Positions 58,646 through 64,000 of a stretch of 64,000 nt of DNA are shown one piece after another. This DNA comes from Candidatus Poribacteria bacterium (lineage in GTDB: Bacteria; Poribacteria; WGA-4E; PCPOR2b), in NCBI GenBank assembly GCA_965198175.1, contig OZ240245.1, positions 3,456,001-3,520,000 on the forward strand. Reading direction: 5' to 3'. The notes under the pieces are model-generated. The model had not been told where the DNA came from and searched no databases. It saw only the letters and a program-made list of their open reading frames with translations. Both the position numbers and the translations under genes were made by a program. Positions within the stretch are counted from its first letter, which is position 1. The number at the start of each line of letters is the position of its first letter.

Positions 58646-59389
58646 TTAGTGCCCCGTCGGTCTCGTGCGGGCAAGCGTCAATACATCAACTTCAGCAGGA
58701 TTCGCAGTAAGTAGAACCTTTGAGGCTTCGTCCACCGTTGTGCCTGTTGTATAAATATCATCAACAAGTAGAATTCGTTGATTGGAGATAGTTGCTAGTG
58801 ACGGAACTTCAAAGGCGTCAGCAATGTTTTTCATCCGCTCCTCACGAGAATTCATGCTGCTTTGCGGTGCAGTGTCTTTGATACGGAAAAGAATATCCGT
58901 CCGGACTGGTACGTTCCAAATCTCTGCAATACTCTGGGCGATCCATTCAGATTGATTAAATCCTCTATCGCGGTGCCGGCGCGTATGGAGCGGTATAGGG
59001 AGCAGAAAATCATAGTCCGTTGCGGAGAGATCTGCCGGGAGATGTTCCTGTAGTAACTGATTCAGGTGTTTTGCCAGAATTCGCTTCTTGTCGTATTTGA
59101 AGAGATGAATAGCTTCACGTACAGTGGGTTCATAAAATGCGATTGCGCGGCGTTTGCCATACCGCGGCGGCTGCTTTCGACAATCTGCACAGACATCACT
59201 AGGATTTGATACACTAAAGTTAAGCGGTGTGCCGCAGAGACCACACCACGGTGTTGATAGAAACTCAATTTGTTCCCAACAGGTGTCGCAGATGTAGTGG
59301 ACTCCACCGACGCCCATTGGAATTTCGCAGCATCGACATTGCGCGGGGTAGATAAACGTGATTAGGCTTTCTAACCATCTATTCATCAC
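58646..59389 (-). CDS. comF: ComF family competence protein
   Basis: Double zinc ribbon, PIPLH..R...RGFNQS and LVDDIYTTGTT. Confidence 0.93.
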   Translation of the reverse strand: MMNRWLESLITFIYPAQCRCCEIPMGVGGVHYICDTCWEQIEFLSTPWCGLCGTPLNFSVSNPSDVCADCRKQPPRYGKRRAIAFYEPTVREAIHLFKYDKKRILAKHLNQLLQEHLPADLSATDYDFLLPIPLHTRRHRDRGFNQSEWIAQSIAEIWNVPVRTDILFRIKDTAPQSSMNSREERMKNIADAFEVPSLATISNQRILLVDDIYTTGTTVDEASKVLLTANPAEVDVLTLARTRPTGH

Positions 59390-59482
59390 TCGTATTTGTG
59401 CTTCGGACCAAAACTCCGGCGACGATAATCGCTACCCTGAAAAGCGGTAGAAACTTTATTCGCATCGTTCGCCGTTCTCGTT

Positions 59483-60898
59483 TTAGAACTTGAGATTCAC
59501 ACCGACCTCAATTGAAGTTTTCCGAATTGGCTCGAAGCCAACATTTCCATCCGGCTTTTCCACCTGCCGGAAGCGATACTCACGAATAACTGCCACCTCA
59601 ATTGGTGAGTACGCCTCATATCCAATCCGCACCGTGAACGCAGATTTTTCATCAAGTCGGAATAGGTCTTCGAAAAAAATTGGATCTTTACTCCCCTGCG
59701 CAGCCGGGTAATCTGGATCCGGTTCGCCGATATCGCGCTTGACATAAAACGCACGGATCGACATTTTCTCTACTAAGCCAGACTCAGTAACGCCAAGGTA
59801 TAACTTCGGCTCTGTCGCATTATAGTCTTCGAATGTGCCTAGCAGATGGACCATTGGAGTCGGTCGCCAGGCAAGCAGTGAGAAGTAGCCGCGTCCTGGC
59901 TCACCGACATTGGTGTCCGCATCCATTCCCAGAAAGTCTGGGACAACTCCCTTCGCCGCATCATAGGTATGGTCAAAAATTGTGGGTCGGAATCCCCTGT
60001 CAAAAGTCCGATACTCCACCTTGCACAGGGCTTGAAAAATCGATAAACCGATCCCGATGGCGTTTCCTCTTGTGAGTTCCATCTCGTCAGGTGTATCTGC
60101 TTTTGGTTTCGTATTGAGGAAGGCGACTTCATCGTATAGGTCTACCCGCATCAGCCTGTTGTGAATAATAGGGAGTCCAATATCAACGCCTAACGCGACG
60201 AGGGGATCTTCAACCTGATCGCCTGACGTTGGGTCAATATCTGTCAGATAGGTTCCCCCGATTTCCAGACGGCGGATAATTGACGATTCATCCTCTTTTT
60301 GCAACGGTCGAATGTATGTCCGCCCACCGAAGACTGTCGGATTGGCGAGGTTGTTAATGATGGTCTCTACCCCGAATTTCTTTGTGTCATTGCTGAGGTT
60401 CAGGCGCAAGCCACGCCGATCGTGGTTAGAATAGCCTGACATAATGAATCCATATCCAATGGTGACATAATCCAATTCCCCAAATCGGGCGTAGAACGAA
60501 TCGCTGAGATGTCCATAGCGCACATATCGGACGGTTCGCAGAAGGCTACTGAGGTTATCCCACCTCTCGGCATCCTCAACAAGGATTTTATCCTCATCAC
60601 TTTCAGCATTCGGATTATACAATAGCACAAAGCCCAACCCAAACCCAATTTTGCCAAGATTTACCTCCGGTTGCAACTGCGTTCGGATGAAAGGATCACC
60701 GTTGATGAGAGTCAATCCAACTCCCGACAGGTTAGTTTGCTGCAAGGCTCCTTCTTCCAATCCCGGCGGCACTTCGTATAACATTGCTTCCTTCTCGGCT
60801 TGCGAGGTTTCGCTCGACTCAGCTTGTCCATAGGCATAAAGCACACAACTAAGTAGCAAATTAGCGACCCAAAACACAAGACGATCGTTTCGACTCAT
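59483..60898 (-). CDS. Hypothetical exported protein, probable outer-membrane beta-barrel
   Basis: Signal peptide, alternating beta strands, YVRYG...RFG.L..T.GYG.IM..Y.N, C-terminal Phe. Confidence 0.65.
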   Translation of the reverse strand: MSRNDRLVFWVANLLLSCVLYAYGQAESSETSQAEKEAMLYEVPPGLEEGALQQTNLSGVGLTLINGDPFIRTQLQPEVNLGKIGFGLGFVLLYNPNAESDEDKILVEDAERWDNLSSLLRTVRYVRYGHLSDSFYARFGELDYVTIGYGFIMSGYSNHDRRGLRLNLSNDTKKFGVETIINNLANPTVFGGRTYIRPLQKEDESSIIRRLEIGGTYLTDIDPTSGDQVEDPLVALGVDIGLPIIHNRLMRVDLYDEVAFLNTKPKADTPDEMELTRGNAIGIGLSIFQALCKVEYRTFDRGFRPTIFDHTYDAAKGVVPDFLGMDADTNVGEPGRGYFSLLAWRPTPMVHLLGTFEDYNATEPKLYLGVTESGLVEKMSIRAFYVKRDIGEPDPDYPAAQGSKDPIFFEDLFRLDEKSAFTVRIGYEAYSPIEVAVIREYRFRQVEKPDGNVGFEPIRKTSIEVGVNLKF

Positions 60899-61080
60899 AG
60901 CTTATCCTTATGCCTGTATTCGAATCGCCCAGTCTATCCGGATCTCTACACCGATGATTGAAGTCCAGAAAGATGTAACCCTTAACCATCCCACGTGAGT
61001 CACGTCAAATTTTCCGGAGAAATTGATATAAGGCGTGTTAGTCTCGGAGTATTAGCAACATCACAAAACTAACCACCTAA

Positions 61081-61755
61081 TCAACTCGACACAACTCGCC
61101 CGTCCTTCATCTGGATGACCCGATCTGCATCCTGCTTTAGCCCTTCATGATGTGTCACAATCGAAATTGTTGTTTGGTGTTCCTGACGTAGTTCGCGGAT
61201 AAGATTCATTAAATTTGTACTCTGACGGCTATCAAGATTCGCCGTGGGTTCGTCAGCGAAGATGATTTTGGGGCTGTTGGCAAGCGCCCGCGCAAAGGAA
61301 ACACGCTGTTTTTCACCTCCCGAGAGTTGCGCCGGACGATGATATAAGCGCTGTTCCAACCCGACTCGCGTGAGCAACTCCTTCGCCCGCGTCTCAGCTC
61401 TGAAGCCTTTGACTCCAGCGATGTTCATGGCGACGGTTACATTTTCGATTGCGGTCAGGTAAGGGATCAGGTTAAACAATTGGAACACAAAGCCAATTTT
61501 CTCGCGACGAATGACAGAAAGATTTTGATGTTCATGGTCAATTGGCTCCCCATCAATGCAGACATCCCCTTCGCTGGGTGTGAGAATGCATCCGAGTAGG
61601 CTGATTAATGTCGTTTTGCCACAACCGCTGTCGCCCATAATCATGACCAGTTCACCCGCTTCAATCGTGATATCAACGTGGTCAACCGCGACGACAGTTG
61701 CATCGCCTTCTCCAAAGTGTCTCGTTAAGCCCTTTCCCTCTACAATTGTCCCCAT
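61081..61755 (-). CDS. ABC transporter ATP-binding protein (LolD/MacB-like)
   Basis: GDSGCGKT, LSGGEKQR, ADEPT and VTH. Confidence 0.95.
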   Translation of the reverse strand: MGTIVEGKGLTRHFGEGDATVVAVDHVDITIEAGELVMIMGDSGCGKTTLISLLGCILTPSEGDVCIDGEPIDHEHQNLSVIRREKIGFVFQLFNLIPYLTAIENVTVAMNIAGVKGFRAETRAKELLTRVGLEQRLYHRPAQLSGGEKQRVSFARALANSPKIIFADEPTANLDSRQSTNLMNLIRELRQEHQTTISIVTHHEGLKQDADRVIQMKDGRVVSS

Positions 61756-62897
61756 TAAACTTCTCCTCTGAATGCGACCATCGGATCAACGGTAATTGCT
61801 TTTCGCCCAGCGAGGTAACCGCCACAACAGCAGACGATAAAGCTGACAATCGCCACGATAGCTGCTTCGACTGGATTGATTGCAACAAAGATTGGAGCGG
61901 CAGCGGCAAAGATGAACGACAGGATAAGCCCAAAAATTATCCCAATCAGCGAAGTCAAAGCGACTTGCTTGATAATTAGGGAAATTACATAGCGATTTGA
62001 AGCGCCGATGGCTTTCAGTGTGCCAAACTCCTGCGTCTTTTCAAGGGTCGTAACGTAGGTAATCATGGCAACGATGATGCCCGCGGCAAGCCACAGCATC
62101 GCGCGCAAGAATTGAACCGCCTTCATGGGCTCATCTACATAAGTGTCGAGAATGTCCTCAATTGTCTCTTGAAGCGTATGAACTTCAATCCTTTTCGCTT
62201 CTTCGTCCGATTGATCCAGGGCTTCTGCAACCCGATCGGGGTTCTTCCCCTGCGCGGATTGAGAAATGATCATATTTACATGCAGATAGTTGTCTAACAG
62301 CACATCTTGCGCTGTGCGAATATCCATAAATAACAGCGGTGTGTCAAGCACGAACATCAGGCTTTTGGTTTTGCCGACCACTTTAAGTTCATTCCCGCCG
62401 ATAGAAAGGCGTTCGCCTATTTCGAGATCCATTTTTTCATCAATGACGACCTCCGGCGGCGGGATATCTTCAGGGCGATAACCCTCGTACTGGCTCGGTG
62501 TGAACAAACGCCCTTCGACCACATGCACAGGACCGCCCAGCTTGTCTTTTTCGTACCCGACGACAATTGCTTTGCCGGTTTTGCCTTTGATAACAGGACG
62601 CGCCTGTGCAAAAACAAGCAGTGAAGCTAATTGGGGTTTCAGACCTGTTGCATGGTTGAGATAGGCAAGGTACTCGGGGTTGAGCATTGAAAACCCGATG
62701 AACGCGCCGCCAGAACCTTCAGCAGAAATCCAAATGTCCGCCCCCGTTGATTTGACATACTGCTGTGCCTGTATCCGCATGCCGTTCATGATGCCGCCCA
62801 ACATCAAAATCAGTGCAATCAGAACGGTGATACCGATCGCGGTCAGTGTCACTCGCGCTCTTCGGTAAGCCATGTCTTTCAGGAATGTGGTATTCAA
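61755..62897 (-). CDS. ABC transporter permease (FtsX/MacB type)
   Basis: 1+3 TM topology, EFGTLKAIGA and DP..AFR. Confidence 0.92.
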   Translation of the reverse strand: MNTTFLKDMAYRRARVTLTAIGITVLIALILMLGGIMNGMRIQAQQYVKSTGADIWISAEGSGGAFIGFSMLNPEYLAYLNHATGLKPQLASLLVFAQARPVIKGKTGKAIVVGYEKDKLGGPVHVVEGRLFTPSQYEGYRPEDIPPPEVVIDEKMDLEIGERLSIGGNELKVVGKTKSLMFVLDTPLLFMDIRTAQDVLLDNYLHVNMIISQSAQGKNPDRVAEALDQSDEEAKRIEVHTLQETIEDILDTYVDEPMKAVQFLRAMLWLAAGIIVAMITYVTTLEKTQEFGTLKAIGASNRYVISLIIKQVALTSLIGIIFGLILSFIFAAAAPIFVAINPVEAAIVAIVSFIVCCCGGYLAGRKAITVDPMVAFRGEV

Positions 62898-63592
62898 TCC
62901 TTCCCATCCTTCCGTTCTACAATTTTGAATCCAAGCTTATCCGAGTACTCGGAATACCCTTGCATAGACAGCAAGGGCTGTGCTATAAGATTGTTACCGA
63001 TCCGCGTTGAACAACAAAAACATTGGCGAAAACTGCCCAATCTGCACCTCTCAAACTTTGATGTCTGTAGTGCGTCAATCGCAGTCACCTTCAGCAGGAG
63101 GTACAATTCTTGGACATGCGTAGCGGATTATCGCTGCGAGCATCGTTGATATTGAGACATAATTTTATCACGAATCGCGCATGTGGGCAAGCGATAAAAT
63201 AGAATCGCGCAAGCTCTCTGCTACCCTCCGCTTGCCCCTTGGAAGTGATAAGGTCTCCATTTGAGATTCTTCGACTACAGTTCAGAATAACACCACTGAT
63301 GCAACGTTTCCGTTGAAACTTACCGCCTTGGATTTGCCACAAATCTTCAAACGTTGTATACACCGTACAATGCTCATTACAAATATTGTATAAAATAAAA
63401 AGGAATAAAATAAAAAAGAGAAAACAGCAGTAGTAGTTGATACAAGTAGAAGGAGCTCCCCCAAAACAATCGGGTGGCGGACGAAAGAATCAGGGGAGTG
63501 TATTCTATGAAAATAACGTCTACAAGTACTCTAATATGATAAACACGAGTCTATCGAATGTAACAGTTTTTTTAAGATAACTTGATATATTT

Positions 63593-64000
63593 TTATACTT
63601 GTGATTTTAGCTTTGCCTCAACACCTAGCGTGTAGGATTTTCCATATCTGTGAGTCACTGAGGAGATTATGTAAGAATCGTCGATACTGAGGGCAAAATC
63701 TCTGAGAGAAAGCTCTGCGCCTGCAATGACGCCCCCTCTATACGTATACGGCATACTGAAAGAGATCTTTTTTCCCCCCCTGCGTGATTCGTTATAAACA
63801 GTCTCCGCTACCATCTCCGCTGAGCTATAATCTGAGAAAGTAGTCTTTAAGATGTGAGATGGATCCTCCCCATTGCCAACACTCACAGAGGCTATCCCCC
63901 CAGTGTAATAATCTTGATATTTCGCACTCACTGTGTTGAACACCCTAAGGTCGTTTGTTCCAAAAGAAAAATCAGTAACTTCTGACTGATGGATTTCTAC
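63593..64000 (-). CDS. Phage late control D (gpD)/baseplate hub-like protein, C-terminal part, truncated by the window edge
   Basis: Frame is open to 64000 (VEIHQSEVTDFSFG...); V.AKY.D and AG..L.L..F...D..Y.I.SVTH.Y pattern; AT-rich. Confidence 0.6.
   Translation of the reverse strand, partial: VEIHQSEVTDFSFGTNDLRVFNTVSAKYQDYYTGGIASVSVGNGEDPSHILKTTFSDYSSAEMVAETVYNESRRGGKKISFSMPYTYRGGVIAGAELSLRDFALSIDDSYIISSVTHRYGKSYTLGVEAKLKSQV

Overview
A bacterial chromosomal window of about 50 CDSs. The LamG proteins ending in AVxPxGxLxxTWGxLK, a secreted protein with a dockerin-like and PNPFNPExWIPY tail, and the DUF6784/DUF6259/heparinase/PhyH genes point to Candidatus Poribacteria or a close relative; this is an inference. 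Housekeeping genes include nnr, comEC, priA, mrp/apbC, degP, hsp20, an aminotransferase, thrB, trpF, prs and comF. Notable features: (1) a promoter-driven, heavily base-paired non-coding segment of about 250 nt (about 659-900, minus strand) between REP-like palindrome clusters; (2) a second structured leader behind a consensus sigma70 promoter upstream of a PhyH gene; (3) a full-length P-type ATPase homologue missing every catalytic motif; (4) an internally duplicated FBP aldolase/phosphatase whose halves keep complementary motifs; (5) an 8-gene cobalamin methyl-transfer (split MetH-like) operon; (6) a GC-rich cargo segment of about 5.7 kb between two copies of a promoter/FadR-type operator; (7) a sigma54 promoter with paired upstream sites ahead of hsp20; (8) an AT-rich right end with a partial phage gpD-like gene. 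I found no tRNA, rRNA, CRISPR array or transposase. All family calls come from reading motifs, not from database searches.
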